From: Eledone cirrhosa
Taxonomy: Eukaryota
Direction: 5' to 3'
Assembly: GCA_964016885.1 (NCBI GenBank)
Contig: CAXHJY010000604.1
Coordinates: 1-64,000, forward strand
Length of the DNA stretch: 64,000 nucleotides
The notes beneath the pieces were generated by a model, which made no database searches, was not told the origin of the DNA, and was given only the letters and a program-made list of their open reading frames with translations. Below, one piece after another: positions 40,107-55,100 of this stretch. Numbering within the stretch: position 1 is the stretch's first letter; each line of letters starts with the position of its first letter. The translations under genes were made by a program, and so were the position numbers.

Positions 40107-40980
40107 ATCATCATCATCAACGTTTAACGTCCGTGTTCCACGCTTGCATGGGTTTGGACGGGGGTTTTCCCACTTGAGGCAAGAGTGATTGTCTTGCTCG
40201 CATAGGACTGTCTGGCGGGTTTTCTACAGCTGGATGCCCTTCCTAACACCAACCACATTTACAGTGTGGGGCTGGGAGGTTTTTACCGTGTTGCCTACAC
40301 GGCCACATTACAGCGTGGACTGTCTGGCGGGTTTTCTACAGCTGGATGCCCTTCCTAACACCAACCACATTTACAGTGTGGGGCTGGGAGGTTTTTACCG
40401 TGTTGCCTACACGGCCACATTACAGCGTGGACTGTGTGTTTTTTTGTTGTGACACCTACACGATCTCATTTGTTTCGGCCTGGATGTTGTGGCACCAACA
40501 TAACTTTACATTGAAAGGGGCGGTGTGGATGGGGTGGGGGTGGTGGGACGGGGTGTATTTTGTTAGAGATGCCTACTGACTGTAGTAGGTTTTACTTTGT
40601 ATTTAGGTAAGGCGGGTCTTCTCTATAGTACCGCCAAAGGTCTCGGTCCAGTGACATTGTCTTGGAGAGGTGTAAGTGTGTGAGGTCGGAATTTATCAGC
40701 TCGTCCCAGGTTTTTCTGGGTCTGCCTACTCCGTAGCTACCGTCTATCTTTATTGCCCTGCACTTTGTTATACAGCTGTCGTCTTTCATACGCATCACGT
40801 GACCATACCAACGTAGCCTTCTCTCGAGTAAACAACATCTGATCCCTCTTATTTCTAATTTTTTCCTTAGTTCGCTTATGCTTTGCCGTTCACGTATGTT
40901 ACTATTACACATCCAGCGGAGCATGCAAGCTTCGTTCCTCTCTAGTCTGCGTATATCCTCTGCACACAATGCCCAGGTAC
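40107..40980 (-). mobile_element. Young 5'-truncated RTE LINE (ORF C-terminus 40592-40969 plus 3'UTR)
   Basis: Open frame ERNEACMLRWMC..ERRLRWYGHVMRM..GRPRKTW; (GAT)n tail; same family as 13899-15281. Confidence 0.93.
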
Positions 40981-41939
40981 CAACCTGACCAACCTGGTTC
41001 TATGAAACAGAACCACCCATTTTGAAGGGTTCCTATTTTAATAAAAAACTTCTGACAACACAAGCACCAACCCTTTTGATATCAACTCGGCCAAAACCTG
41101 TTCTATTTCTATGAAACAGATTCACCCATTTAAAGGGTTCCTATTTATATTAAAATCTTTGGACATCATTTTATATAAGTATCTTGTTTACTCATGTTCC
41201 AAATATCAATAAGCAAATAATTTTAATAAATTCCTCCACATTCTTCATTAATTCAAATACAGTGTATTTTATTATAAATATGGTCAGCAAAGGGTTAAAG
41301 ATTGTATTTTATTAATCATTTTGTTATCAGATTTCTAATGAAATACAATGTCTATGTGTATCAATACATTTTCAAATTTTAATGAAATAATTAACCTTTT
41401 TCATTTAGTAAGCTGATGTTTGAAACAAAGCTTTCTTAAATAAAATTATAATGGAAGGTTTTAATATAAGTGTGAACATTTTAAAATGAGCATTTGTGTA
41501 TCATAGAATCAGAGCGGTTTCAGGTGAGTTTGTATAAAAAGGGTTAAATATTATCAATTAATTTAGTGAGGAAAATCAGCTTTTCAAGATATTTAATTTT
41601 TTTGCCCCTCTCTTTCTGTTAATATTGATAATTTTGATATTTTAGTTATTTCAGTGATCCCTAGATCCTCATATATTTCAATTAATTTTCTCACAAACTC
41701 AACCATCTTACAGATCCCCACTACTACATATCTTTTTTTTTTGCCATCTTGATGTTTGATTTAAAAAATCTGTTTGCTTTTTATTCTTTTACTGATTTCA
41801 GTCATTTGACTGTAACCATACTGGGGCAGTATCTTTAAGGGTCTTTTTTAGTTTATCCTCTCAATCCCAATATTGGTTTGGTATTTTTTTCTCCATCTCT
41901 ATTTATCAAACTTCTTAGATGTAGTTTTGATAGATATTT

Positions 41940-42688
41940 TCCAGATATCCAATTCAACTGTTGAAAACCATCTGCATAAACTTGGTTACATCAGCAGGAT
42001 CGATGTTTAGGTTCCCCATGATTTGAACAAAACAAACCTCACCCAATGGATTTCCTTCTGCAATTCTTTGCCTTAAATGTGAAAAAAAAAAGATCCCTTT
42101 CTGAAGAAAATGGTAACTGGTAACAATGTGAAGTGAAAACAATCATGGGGGAAGCACCAAGAACCACCACAAACAACCTTCAAAGAAGATTATGCTTTCA
42201 ATTAGGTGGGATTGGAAGGGTGTTTTCTTTTAGGAGCTTCTTCTCATGTACTGTGAACACCTGGATAAATTAAATGCAGCGATCCGCCAGAAGCATCCAG
42301 AACTTGCTAATCGAAAGGGTATTGACTCTTATCAAGACAATGCCAGATCACACACTTCCTTGCTGACACGGCAGAAGTTACTGGGGCTTGACTGGGAAGT
42401 TTTGCCTCACTCTCTATATTTCCCTGACCTTATACCTTCAGATTTCCTCCTGTTTGATCTCTTCAAAATTCTTTGAATGGACAGACTTTCAATTCTTTAG
42501 AACGTAAAGGTTCTTCACCAGTAAAGACGGGAAATTCTTTGAACAGGGAATAGTGCATCTACCTAGAAGATGGTAGAAGGTACTGGAACGAAATGGCAAC
42601 TATATCATTGATTGAATAAATTGCTTTGGGTTTAAAACTGTCTCATTTTCCCTAAGAAAACTGAACAGAAGCTTTGATCAACCCAATA
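41940..42688 (+). mobile_element. Decayed mariner transposon (3' part with right TIR)
   Basis: VPHDL, KKIML..WDWKG, QDNARSH and LPHSLYFPDLIPSDF (YSPDLAP-like) motifs; ends ..TGATCAACCCAATA-TA. Confidence 0.85.
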
Positions 42689-44071
42689 TATATAATATAA
42701 TGAAATTGTGGGCAACCCTTTTGGTACCAGCATGCCCAAAACCACCCATTTTAAAGAATTCCTATTTAAATTATAATTTTCCAACATAATTTTATATAAA
42801 AAATATGCTAAGTTGCTATCTTAGTATAATGAAATAATTAATAATTTCAGTAAATATGACAAAATTCTTTGTTACTCTCATGAAATACAATGTATTTCAT
42901 TACAAATACGATAATCATCTTCTTCTTTGCCCACTTATTCCTGAGAGGGTTATGGAGGCAGAGTCTGCAAACACTCCTTCCAGCAGGCCCTGTCAGAAGC
43001 AACTGTCTCTAACTGATCTGCCTGGAACCCCAAGCTCATGGATGTTAACCAACTATTTTGCTTGGGGTCTCCTGCCGGTTGGTTTTGCCCGCAAAATCTG
43101 TCCAGCGCTTCTTTCCTGAGACATTCTAACCACATGTCTGTAGTATTGGAGCTGTGATCTCTCAATTTGGAGAAGTAGCGGCTCTACCTGGAGTGACTCT
43201 CTGATCTCCGAGCTACGCATTCTATCTGATAACATTACTCCAAAGATTCATTTCGGCCGCTTGTATTTGTGATCGTATTCTTTCGGTCATTACACCCAAG
43301 ATTCATGACCATAGGTAAGGGTCGGCACAAATACCAAATTGAAGATATGATAATGAAAGGGTTAATGTAGGTAATTTGAAAAGAATGACTGTAAAACCAG
43401 TCAGTTAGTGATGCTGCAAAACTTTAGCAAGGGATGTTACTCTACTATCCACAGTTAGCACAGCTAAAAATAGATAACCCTAGTTGAGTTGGTGAAGTTA
43501 GAAAAATATTCCAGTTGTAAAATATTTGCATCAACAGCTTCATACAAACATTGCTTGCAGAGGAAACTAGGCGTTTCTAATAATTAATTAAAAAATATGC
43601 TAGATTGAATTGAATTTTTTTTTTATTTCTCTCTCTATTTTACATACATTTTACTATGCTAACATGAAATGAGAATTTTCACTGTCTAAATTTTTGGAGC
43701 AAATTATTTTAATGTGAATGCTTCTCCTACTACTGAATTGCAATGTGGGTGTGGCATCTAATCTCAGCCAAGAGTCACAGACAAGCAGAGTAATTTGCCT
43801 TGCTGAATAGGCACAACATAACTAAATTCTAAATGTCATCATCACCACCATCATCATCAATATATATACGTCTACTTTCTCCATGCAGGTATGGGTTGGA
43901 CAAGACTTTTTTGAAGCAATTGTTCAACTTTTCCTGATGCCAACCCATACTATATTTTTAAGTATGGTATATGCTTTTCATCTATGTTGAACCCCTAAGC
44001 TGTGAGATATACTTTTTATGCAAGATGCAAACAACCATCACCTCTTGCATTACATTATTTTAGTGCGTGCA

Positions 44072-44251
44072 GTGGATTGGGAGTATCGGTAGAGGGTCGG
44101 ACGCCATGCTTTCCAGCATAGTTACGTCCCTTTATGATCTGAGTTCAAATCCCGCCGAGGTTGACTTTGCCTTTCATCCTTACGGGGTCGATAAAATAAA
44201 GTACCAGTAATGCACTGGGTGATTGCTGGCCTTGTGCCTAACGTAGAAACA
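44072..44251 (+). mobile_element. tRNA-derived SINE, family 1, full length with 18-bp TSD
   Basis: ATTATTTTAGTGCGTGCA at 44054-44071 and 44252-44269; A-box-like head and GAGTTCAAATCC B-box. Confidence 0.93.
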
Positions 44252-45958
44252 ATTATTTTAGTGCGTGCACACACATGGCGAGTTCCCTCAGTTTTTGTCT
44301 TGCAGATTCACTCACAAAACATTGATTGGCCTGAAGCTATAGGTGAAAACACTTCCCAAAGTGCCATGCAGTGGACCTGAAACCACATGGTTATGAAGTG
44401 TACTTTTTAACCACACAATCATGTATGCTATTTTGTTTAAAACCATATATAGTCCTTAATTTAAATATTCACCAAATATGAAGTCTGAAGCACACAACTG
44501 TTAAGAACATTGCAATAACTATACTTCTTGGCAGTGAAGGTACTCTGATAAACATAAAAAAGACTAACATAACCTTAATCCTCCTTCTCCTCCCACTTGT
44601 TCCTGGGAGGGTCGTGGGGCAGATTCCTCAAGTCTTCCTTCCAGCGGATCCTGTCAGAAGCAACCGTCTCCAATAGATTCGGTTGGATCCCCAAGCAAAA
44701 CCAGCCGATGTTATCCAGCCATCTTGCTCAGAGTCTATCCCTGTGTCTCCTGCCAGTTGGTTTTGCTTGTAAAATCTGCCAAGCAATTCTTTCCTGAGAC
44801 ATTTCTTTCTACAGACATGTCTGTAGTATTGGAACTGTGATCTCTCAATTTGAAGAAGTAGCTCTACTTGGAGTGACTCTCTGATCTCTGAGCTATGCAC
44901 TCTGTCGAGTAACATTACTTCAAATACCCTTATTATTAATAATAATTTTACCTGGAATCGCGTTTGCTTAACCCTTTCATGACTGTATTTCTAATGAAAT
45001 ACTCTCTATTTCAATTTATTTATGAAGAATTTTTCAGGCTTTAGTAAAATAATAACTTAACATACAGTTCATATCTGAAATTATGTTGGAATATTTTAAT
45101 TTAAATAAGAACCCTTTAAAATGAATAGTTTTGTTTCATAGAACCAACAGTGCTTTTGATCATTTTAAAAATACTTTTATCTGTTAGGTCCTATATCTAA
45201 ATTAACATAGAAATTATGTTCATTTTTGCATCATTTTCCACTGCACTCTGCACTTGGTAAGCTGTATTGCAGATTAGCATTATTATTGGTGGAAATAACA
45301 CTACTTCACCCAGGACGTAATAGTCCTTTTGAGATTCCTGTTCTAACATATTTCATAAATAGAATTGAACAGAAGTAAAAAAAACAACAATGTGAAAATG
45401 ACATAACTTAGAATCATCATCATGTTTTCTCTGCTTGCTAGGTTTATTACAGGCCAAGTCAAATCTTAATTAGAGCCCCTAAGCTCTGACAGACTAGATC
45501 TAGCTTATATATGTTCCATCACTCTGCAGAATACTTTGGGTTCATTTTATCATAGCACTTGAGAAGTTATTTTTACGTAATTCATCATCATTGTTGTTGT
45601 CTTTGCCATTGCATTGACAGCTCTTGGTTTTAGTGCTGCTATGAGCCCTCAAATTCTCCTCATCCTGGCGAGCTAGGTGGGTGTTGCCGGTTTAGTTTGT
45701 GACGGCCTGACCATGACTGGGTTAGGGTTATCAAACTAATCTGTCTATTGTATAATGTCCTTCCTTCTACCCTCATTTTTATAACATTTTGTCTGTCCAA
45801 TCCCACATGGATTGTGACCCCTATGTTTATAATGTTTATTTCTATGTGAAAGCCCTTATGGTTATTAAAGAAATCTCCATCATCATCATCACCACCACCA
45901 CCACCACCATCATTATTATTATTATTAATGTTAATATCTATTATTATGTGTATTTCAG

Positions 45959-46105
45959 GTTGCAGCAACTAAAGCAGCCGATATGTACAATACTCTTGCC
46001 TCAAAGGATAAGGATGAGGACTTTGATTGGAATCAGTTAGATGATCTCCTTAAAGGACTTACTGAAGCGGAAGTTGAGGAACTCAATGGAGATTTTGATC
46101 CAGAT
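45959..46105 (+). CDS. tmod: Tropomodulin coding exon A (VAATKAADMYNTLASKDKDEDFDWNQLDDLLKGLTEAEVEELNGDFDPD)
   Basis: tttcAG acceptor, GTAAGT donor, 147 nt, phase 0/0; in-frame ATG at 45983; resembles the N-terminal tropomyosin-binding region. Confidence 0.93.
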
Positions 46106-49100
46106 GTAAGTAGTTTTGGTTTACTATTTTAGGATTTTTCTAAATTACCAACTACTTTCCTACTAACATTTTGAATTAAACCTTTCATTATCATATTTCT
46201 AATAAAAGACTCTGATTATGATTTTCCAATTATTTTGAAAATAAGAATTTGGAAGGACTTAGTAATATAACAACTTCTCATTATTAAACTCGTTTTCTTT
46301 TTGTTATTTGAAGAAGGGTAGCACCCATTACCTTCCCAATCACTCTTAAACTAAGGATAAGTCTACTTTGGGGAAATTTTATTTATAGTACCCACCGTTT
46401 TATTTTTACTGTATAGTAGCCAGAATAAAAACGGTGGAAAAATTTCTGTGAGCTACTACTTCTGCTGGCAATGAAGGGATTCTTTGTCCAATGGAAGGGT
46501 AGATTTTATGATGCCTGCATATGAAGTGTGATGTTGTATAGTTGCCAGTTATGGAGATTGGTATTGAATGAAGAGAATGTGTGTAGATAGAAATGAGGTG
46601 AGTTTTTCATGTCATATTTTTTTGTAAAAAGATGGGTCTTATACACGAGTATGTACAGTCTAATTTATCTGAGATGTTTGATCATATGTGCTTCTTTTAA
46701 AATAAACATTCTCATGATGGAAGAGTCAGTAAGTGTTCAGAGCAAGAATACATTATAGTTCTCAAAGGAAAGCTAATCTCCTCTGTGTAGATTGTAGGTT
46801 ATGTTGAGGATATAGGCTTAATAGAAAACTAGAGCTTGATCTTTATTGTGTAAGTTGTTCATGAGTAGAAATATGGTGCTGCTGTAACTCTGTGTTGTGT
46901 TTGGAATTTCTGTGTAATTGAATCCTATCACAGTAGATTTTCAATATTTTGGCATTTTTTTTTACTGGTTATGCAGTTACCCTTCCTATCACTAACCACT
47001 TTACATCATGAACTAAATGTGTTTATGGTGCTACCAACACTAGAAGGATTGTCTGTCAGGACTGAAGTGTCCTCTCTACACTGTGTCAGTTTTTATTCAG
47101 AATTAGTGCTCCCCTAGATAGGTTTCTTTCTTTACAACTTATGGAGTCTTTTCTGGGCAGTTTTTATATGGAGTTACTACTTTTCTGGATGGGTTGTTCT
47201 TCATGTAAGTTTTTATTTGGAGTTACTGCTCTCTTAGACATGTTGCTTCCATTGCGACTTGCAGAGTCCATGTCTGTCCTGATAATGTAGGAAATCATTA
47301 TTATAAGAATGAGACTGATGTATGTTTGGAATAATAGAGTGGAATTAATAATTATCAGTGTTAGAATAAATGTGATTGTCAGTAGGGGTAAGAAGTTCAT
47401 TATATAGAATGGAGGAGTGAGGCAATGGGAGAGGTTTTCAGACAATGCTATGTTGGTAGATGAAGTTAAGTAGCTCCATCTATGGTCAATAAGAAAGCTA
47501 CTCATCAAGTTAAGAAACTGTAACTGTTCATAGGAAGTTAATCTAACTACAATATTTTCTTGTTGAAGGGTTTTTGATCGTTTCTAGAGCTGTGATTTAT
47601 TGATAATCTAATATAGAATTGCAGTTTACTCATTGATGTAATAACATTTTAGAAACTGTACTAGAAATTACTGAAAGATTGAAGTGGTTGCAAACTATCA
47701 TTTATAATTTCCCCATCATTTCCCTTTGTTGATGTGGGTATCTTTCAGGTAAAAGTTGTTATATAGTTTGATGAGACTGGTTATGCAGTTTATTCAAGTT
47801 AACTCTTAATATCCTATACTGCATGAAACCACACTAAAAAGACGTTCTTGAAAAGTACAAAACATCACTATAACTGTATTATATTAAAATTAAAGTCTTT
47901 ATTTTAGTTCACTGCAAATTTTCACAACAATCAGTTCACTAGTAAAGATACTACAATCATTTGAATTAACAAACCTATTTTTAGATATTTTCTGCTAAAT
48001 CATTTTTGGATGTTAAGTGTTAATGTTTGATGATAATGATTTGAATGAGAATTTATTTCTTTGCGTGAAAAGAACCAAGAAGTTGCCATATTTGTCAACC
48101 AGGTTCGAGGATATATGAGTATATTTTTTCAGAAGGGATTGGATGTACATATGCCAAATGATGTTTAGGGGAAAATTAGAAATAAATAGATTTTTACATT
48201 CCTAAAGAAAGGGTAGACAATAGATTTTGAAGCTGTTTTCTTATCAGAATAAAAGGCTTCGTGGAAACATTAGTTTACAAAATATTAAACTGCTTTAGTG
48301 TAGTGTAGTTTAATGAGGGTTACTTTTCAGCATACTGGCAGAAATAGTGTGTCAAAGTTTGTTTTATTATATAAAATCAATTTTATAATTTTTAATACTT
48401 AGTGTACTTAATCCTTATATATTTTTGATGAAATATCTGCAGGATTTAAAAACAAAAATGTTTTCTAATTAAATTATATAATTTTTGTGATTTGTAAAAT
48501 GAACATAATAAAAAGAATCAGAAATAAAGACAATAAAAGGGAAGATATGTGTCCTCAGTTGCACAATACAACAGAGAATGTTGGTGTTTTTTCTCTAAAG
48601 GGATATCACTGACACTCTTACTATGAAGTGTCCCAGAACATCTACTGTATACAAAGTCCTTTCCCTTTAGTCTGCTTGCTATCTCTTATGTACCCATATC
48701 TTTCATTGTTTTTAAAATTAGTTCAAACACATCCATGGGGTTAGTAGCTCCACTTGAGTACCAAACTGATCTGTTGGTAACCTGTCCAATCCTTGTTAGC
48801 AGAGAAAGTGGATGTTAAACAATAATGATGACATTGGTAGTGTCTGTCATTAGAAATATAGTAACAAAACGGTTACCATGGAACAATTGGGAGTAATATA
48901 ATGTGAAGGATTATGACGTTGGTGTCACCAAACATTATTCTCTCTCTCTGATGTCCAAAAGACTGGTTATGTGATGTTCTTTCAGGAATGTGGTAGTACA
49001 TGACAATATCACAAGCATTTTAGGTTGAATCTATTCAACTAGAAAAGAAAACTGTGATGAGATGGTCTATAAACAAGATGGTTTCACTACACAAGAACTA

Positions 49101-52100
49101 TGAAGGCAACTGGATGTTTCTAGACATAATACATATATGCAAGAGGGTACTTCATTGATGTAGTTATGTAAGGTGAACATATGAAATATATGAATACTAC
49201 ACATCTGTTGTTTACAAGTGTGAGAAATGATAATTCCAGCCAGATCTGATCAAAGCTGACTTAAGTGGTCCTCATATTTATCAACAAGCTTCTCTCACCT
49301 AGGTTTCCCTAGCTCAAAAGAAATGAAAACTAGTATATTTAAGGTAGCTAGGTGCAGGATTTGTCAACACTGTTAGACTTAAAAGCCTTAATAGTGTGCT
49401 TAATGGCTATTGACTCCATCTTGAGGTCATCTATCCTTGTAAATAACAAGTATTGTTGTTTTTTATATCAGGGTGTTCACCTACCCTCTTACACCTCAGG
49501 ATGAAAAGCTAGAGTGGGATTTGCCAGTTTAGTCACCGATGGCCTAACCATGACACAGTTACTACTGGTTTATATGATCCGCAACAACAGATCTCACATC
49601 ACCTGACATATATAAGAAGCAGAAAAGAAGTGATATTTGGTAGTAGAAGGTCCTCATAAATAATTAAATCACACCTTAAAATATTGGGTTCCACAGTGAT
49701 ATGAAGATATCACTGCCACTGAAACATTGGGTAGCCACAGTCAATGGTGATGATAATGAGGATATAACTGCCACTGAAACCTGAAACATTGGGCAACCAC
49801 AGCTCTGTTTATAAAGGCTATGGGACAGGTAACATTTTCTGCAGTGCACACCAATCCAATCCATCAAATAGATACTACAGTAATGATAGTATGATTGTAT
49901 AAATATACTCAACTTGGGGTCCTTTTTGAGACAGTGTTTTATGGTTGGATCCCCTTTCTGGTGGTAATCTCTTAAGTTGTCCTTTAGGACATGGTATACC
50001 TATTCTAAACTGGACACATGTATCTGAATGTGGAGCAGCAGAGAAGGCTGGAGAGAACAAAAATGGGAATGGTTCGATGGATGAGTGGAGTATTATTCAG
50101 AAGTAGGAAGACAATGAATTATAGAGCTTGTGATGAATGTTGTGAAGAGAAATGGAATGAGATGGCTGGGCTATGTGTTGAGGAGGGATGGAAGTGACTG
50201 GATGAAAGGAATATAACCAGTGATGAATGTTATGAAGAGAAATGGAACGAGGTGGTTATGTTGTGTGTTAAGGAAGGAGAAAAGTAACTGGGTGATAGAA
50301 ATGATGGAAATAAATCTGTTAAGGAGTAGGGAAAGGGAAATACCAAGAAAGATGGCTAAAAATGGAGGAGGAGGAAATAAAAGCCAGCAGGTTGGTGTGT
50401 GAAGATGCAGACAATAGGGTAAAACGAGGAAGCTTGTTATAAGGACTGCATGGCTATCTCCTGTTTTAGCAAAGAAAATGACTACAAAACATTTGTTGGT
50501 TGTTGATAATAGTGAGTAATGATACTGATTTAAGTCAGCCTAGTGGTTCATTAATTTTGAATATAAAACTTCTCAAAGGTATTGTGAAGGAAAGAAAATA
50601 CTACTTCCTCATTTCTAATTAGTTTCTTAGCTAAAGTGCACACCATTTTCATTATACAGTTGAGTGATTAGCATTGCAGTAGATCTTGAACTATAAAATG
50701 CCTTCACTACTGACACAAGTGTCTGGTCTGGAGGCCTTTTTTTAAATTTTTTTTTATTATATAGCAAGAAACTTTATAGAGTAATTGTCAAAAACAACAG
50801 TCTAACCTATGCTAGTGTGGTAAATGGACGTTAAACGGTGATGATGATGAACAGAGAAGTACTATAAACCTTACAAATGGGGAAACACTTTGTAACTAAC
50901 AGAAACAGTTAAAATGTAACTAATTATGCTAATTAGTTCATTTGCATACTAATGAACATCTGGATAAATGGTAAAGATCTGACTTCGTGTAAGGGTTACC
51001 ATTTACCAGAATCATCCGAACTATTAAAATTACCCCAATCCTATCAGATAATTATACCAGAAATAGCTAACTGAGATTGTCAGTATCATCACCACTACTG
51101 CTTTTATCATGTGTCACTCATCTTCTCATAGAACCCATAGAAATCACTGATAAAATGACAAATAAACCAAAACCTGACAGGAAACTTTCATTATCAATGC
51201 CTGATAACCATAAGATGTTATCTACAACATTATAAGCACAAGTCAAAACAAGAAATGCTGGAAATTTTGGAGGAGGAGAGTATGAAAGCTAAGGGAGCTC
51301 TCTGATAAATGGAAGTTTAGAAAAGCTCTACATAATGCAATTGACATAGAATTCAACTGGAAGTTTCTAGATAATCTGCTACAGGCTACTGATTAGATGT
51401 CTGGCTGGAGTAAAGCACCATCTAGATAGAAGGGAACCTGGTGGTGGAGCAACACTGTGGAAAGACTGGAAAAATAGAGACAGCGAAAATCAATACCAGG
51501 TAGCTAGAAGAGAAGCTAGATGATAGGTATATTTAGCATCAGAGAAGTTGAAAGTAGGCAGTTTGCTAATGTCTTGGGGCATGAGGATCTGTGACGTAAG
51601 GTGTTCCACATCATAAAGCAGTCCAAAATGATCCTGCTGCGCTTATCTTCACAAGCACTCAAAAGAAAGAGGCTTGGAAACGCTATTACGAGAGGTAAAT
51701 GAATGTGGAGAATGATTAGGAGAAACAGAGGAACCAGCTATCGAAATTGACAGTTATAGGGTTAAAGAAGCAATCAAGAGAATGAAAGATGGTAAAGTTG
51801 CCAGGCCATCAGAGATACTTGCTGAGATGCTGAAATCCTCTGAGAAAGTAAGAGTCAAATAAGTCTCCTGCATAATCAATCAGGTAACACATGATGGGGC
51901 TATACCCAATGATTGGCATAGCAGTATACTCATTAATTGTTACAAGAGAAAAGTTGATGTACTATAAAGGTGTAACCATAGGGGCATAAAACTGATGTAT
52001 AAAGTTATAATAGTGACAGAAAGAGACTTAACACAGTTAATTAGGGAAAGAGAGGTAAATTATATGAAATACAGTTTGGTTTTATGTCTAGGAGGAGCAC

Positions 52101-55100
52101 CACAGATGCCCTCTTCTTAGTGAGACGGTTATAAGAGAAGTTGTTAGCTAAATGTAAGGCACTATATTTAGCTTTCATGGACCTGGAGAAGGCCTTTGAC
52201 AGAGTACCCCAATCTGTCATTTGGTGGTCCCTAAGGAGACTAGACTTAGATGGATAGTTTGTGAGTAGCATTGCAATCCATGTTCAGAGAAATTGTCAGT
52301 AAAGTGAGAGTAGTAATGAGTTTAATGAGGAATTTAAGGTACAGGTAGGAGTTTATTAGGGTTCAGTCCTCAGCCTACTCTTATTTATTATAGTTTTCCA
52401 GGCCATAACAGAGGAATTTAAGACTGGTTGTCAATAGGAACTTCTATATGCCGAAGAGTGGAAGAGTTAGTGAAGAAACTCTAGCTTTGGAAACAGAAAT
52501 TTGAATCAAAAGAGTACAGGAAAATGTCCTTACTCAATATCTAGAACAAGAGTAGGTAGAAATTGTAAAAGATATACACAACATCAATTTTGGGTACACA
52601 AGAGGTGTAGTGGGGTAGCAGGTAGACTAACAGAAATGTTAAACTTCATATGTAACAGATACATAAGGATAGTTGATAGTAAGAGCATTATTAAAATAAA
52701 CTTTTTCCAATTCCAGAAATGTTCCATAGAAGAGATTGATAGCTTCTGCTATCTAGGTGATCTAATTAACAGTGGAAAATGTTGTTCTAAGAGCATAGTA
52801 GCAAAAATAAGAGCAGGATGAAAAAAGTTCAGGGAGCTATTACTTCTGTTGCCAATAACATTTTTCACTCTATGAATGAAAGGCTGGTTGATGATGCCTG
52901 TGTGTAATGTGTGATGTTGCATGGTAAAAAGACATGGGCAGTGAATTCAGAGGATGTGCAAAGAGAAATTAAGTAAGGATGCTCTGATGGATGGGTAATG
53001 TTAATATGTGTGAACAACAAAGCATAGATGAACTTTGAAAAAAGGTGGGTAGAAGAGAAATCAAATGTAGTGTGTAGGAGAGAAGACTGTACTGGTATGG
53101 ACATGTGATGAGTGTGGATGACGATTGTTAGGTAAAGAAGTGCCAGGAAATCCCAGTTGAAGGAATGTGTCTAACACTCGTGGGCTTGCCTAAAAAGTCA
53201 GAAAACAGCACAGTTCCCATGATTTTCGGAAACATTTTTTCATACTCAGAGTTGCTGAAGCATGGAACAAACTACCTACATCGGTTGTTAGTTGTCAGGA
53301 CACTGCATCATTTAAAGCCTCCGTGCTTCTCGAATTTGTCAACACTACACCTGACATTCCGCCTCCACACACATGCACACATGTATCTGTGTGTATATCA
53401 TGACTCGTACACTGTTCACTTTCCCGACATTTGTACATTATTCTATGTACTATACATGTACCTTTAGTGAGTTGTAGTGCACCTGAGCACTGTACACAAT
53501 AATTTCATTATTATTATTATCATTAAAACATTGGTGGAAGTGGTGAGGGCTGATTTGCTAGCCTATCAAGAAGAGTGCTACATCTTTAGGCTGATATATC
53601 TGCCCCGTAGTCTTTTAGGCTACGTTATTGAGGTGTGGCCTACTGGTTAGGGTGTTGGATTTACCATTGTAATGCCATGGGTTCGATTCCTAGACTGGAT
53701 GACTTATGTTCTTGAGCAAAACACTTCATATCACATTGCTCCACTCCACTCAACAGAAAATGGGTACCAGCAGTAGCTGGGGGTTAGCCCTGTTTAACAC
53801 CAATGAAACCAAGATAAACACAGGCTTGAGACTAACTTAAACTTATTTTTCTTATTGAGGTAGATATATTGGTCTTGTGGCACTATAAGGGTTAAACAAT
53901 TTTTTATTTTTTTAAATTGAGGTTTTAAGAAAAAGTTTTAATGAAAACTTAAATCTGTTGTTCACAAGTTGCTATTGGCTTGAATAATGCTGGATTATGA
54001 TGATTTAGTTTTAATTACAATAATGTTATTTAATTGTCTTTATTTTAATAATTTGTTTTATATTCCAGAATTCCTTATTACCACCATCACAGAGATGCCG
54101 AGATCAAACATCCAAACTTCCTACTGGACCCCTCAATAGAAAGAAGTTATTAGCATTCCTTGAAAAGAAAGCCAAAGAGGAGAAAGACTGGGAAGAAGCT
54201 AAGCCCTACACTGGAGAGAAAAAAGGTTGGGAATATGTAGTTTATTGTCAGAAATAATCCACCAAAGATTCTGTTGGAATGTTCTATTGGATGTGTAATG
54301 TTAGTAGTGTACTTGAACAACAAAGCAGAGATGTGTTAAGAGAAAAACTAGGTATAAGAGGAATCATATGTAGTGTGCAGGAGAGAAGATTGCACTGGTA
54401 TGGATATGTAGCATGTACAGATGATTGTTGTTGGGTGAAGAAGTGCCAAGTGTTACAAGTGGAAGGGAGATGTAGTAGAGGTAGACCAAGGAACACAAAG
54501 AAGAAGGACAAGAGAAGAAGTACGGTGCTGAAGAGGACTTGTTTAAACCAAGTGAACATGGAAAAATAGGCTTAAAATGATATTTTATAATAACTGCTTA
54601 GAAAAGTACATGTATAAGTTATTGGGTGTTGGCAGACCTGGTAGAAAGCTTGCCAAACAAAAGGCTGGAGGACCCCTCAGTCATGTCAAGGATATGAGAG
54701 CTTCCCTAGTGTTGGTGATCTACATGAAAAACGCACCTAATACACACTGTAAAGTGATTGGTGATAGGAAGGGTATCCAGCCATAGAAAGCTTGCTAAAC
54801 AAAGGGTTGGCAGGACCCTCAGTTGTGTGAAAGACATGACAACCTCTCCTGTGCACTCTGTAGAACATGAATCGTACATCAACAAGACATACCCCTGGTT
54901 TATCTGGGAGATTAGCAGCCCTGCTTCAGGAGTGACAGTCTCTGTATTCACATTTTATTATTTTATTTACATTTTTGTCATGTTTTAAACATTTAAAAAT
55001 CTTATTAATTGTCTTTTGTCTCATTTTGCTTCACAGGTAAAGCCTATGTTCCTAAGGAACCTCCGAAGATTGAAAATATTGTAGATGAGGAAGTTCAAAC

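Noticed and set aside
46410-46660. Third Tc2-like element (right end GGGTCTTATACACGAGTATGTACAG)
   Set aside because: Only one plausible terminus; the left end is too decayed to support.
53630-53705. tRNA gene
   Set aside because: A/B boxes are present but the cloverleaf is not intact and the sequence continues into a SINE body; the same holds for the other SINE heads.
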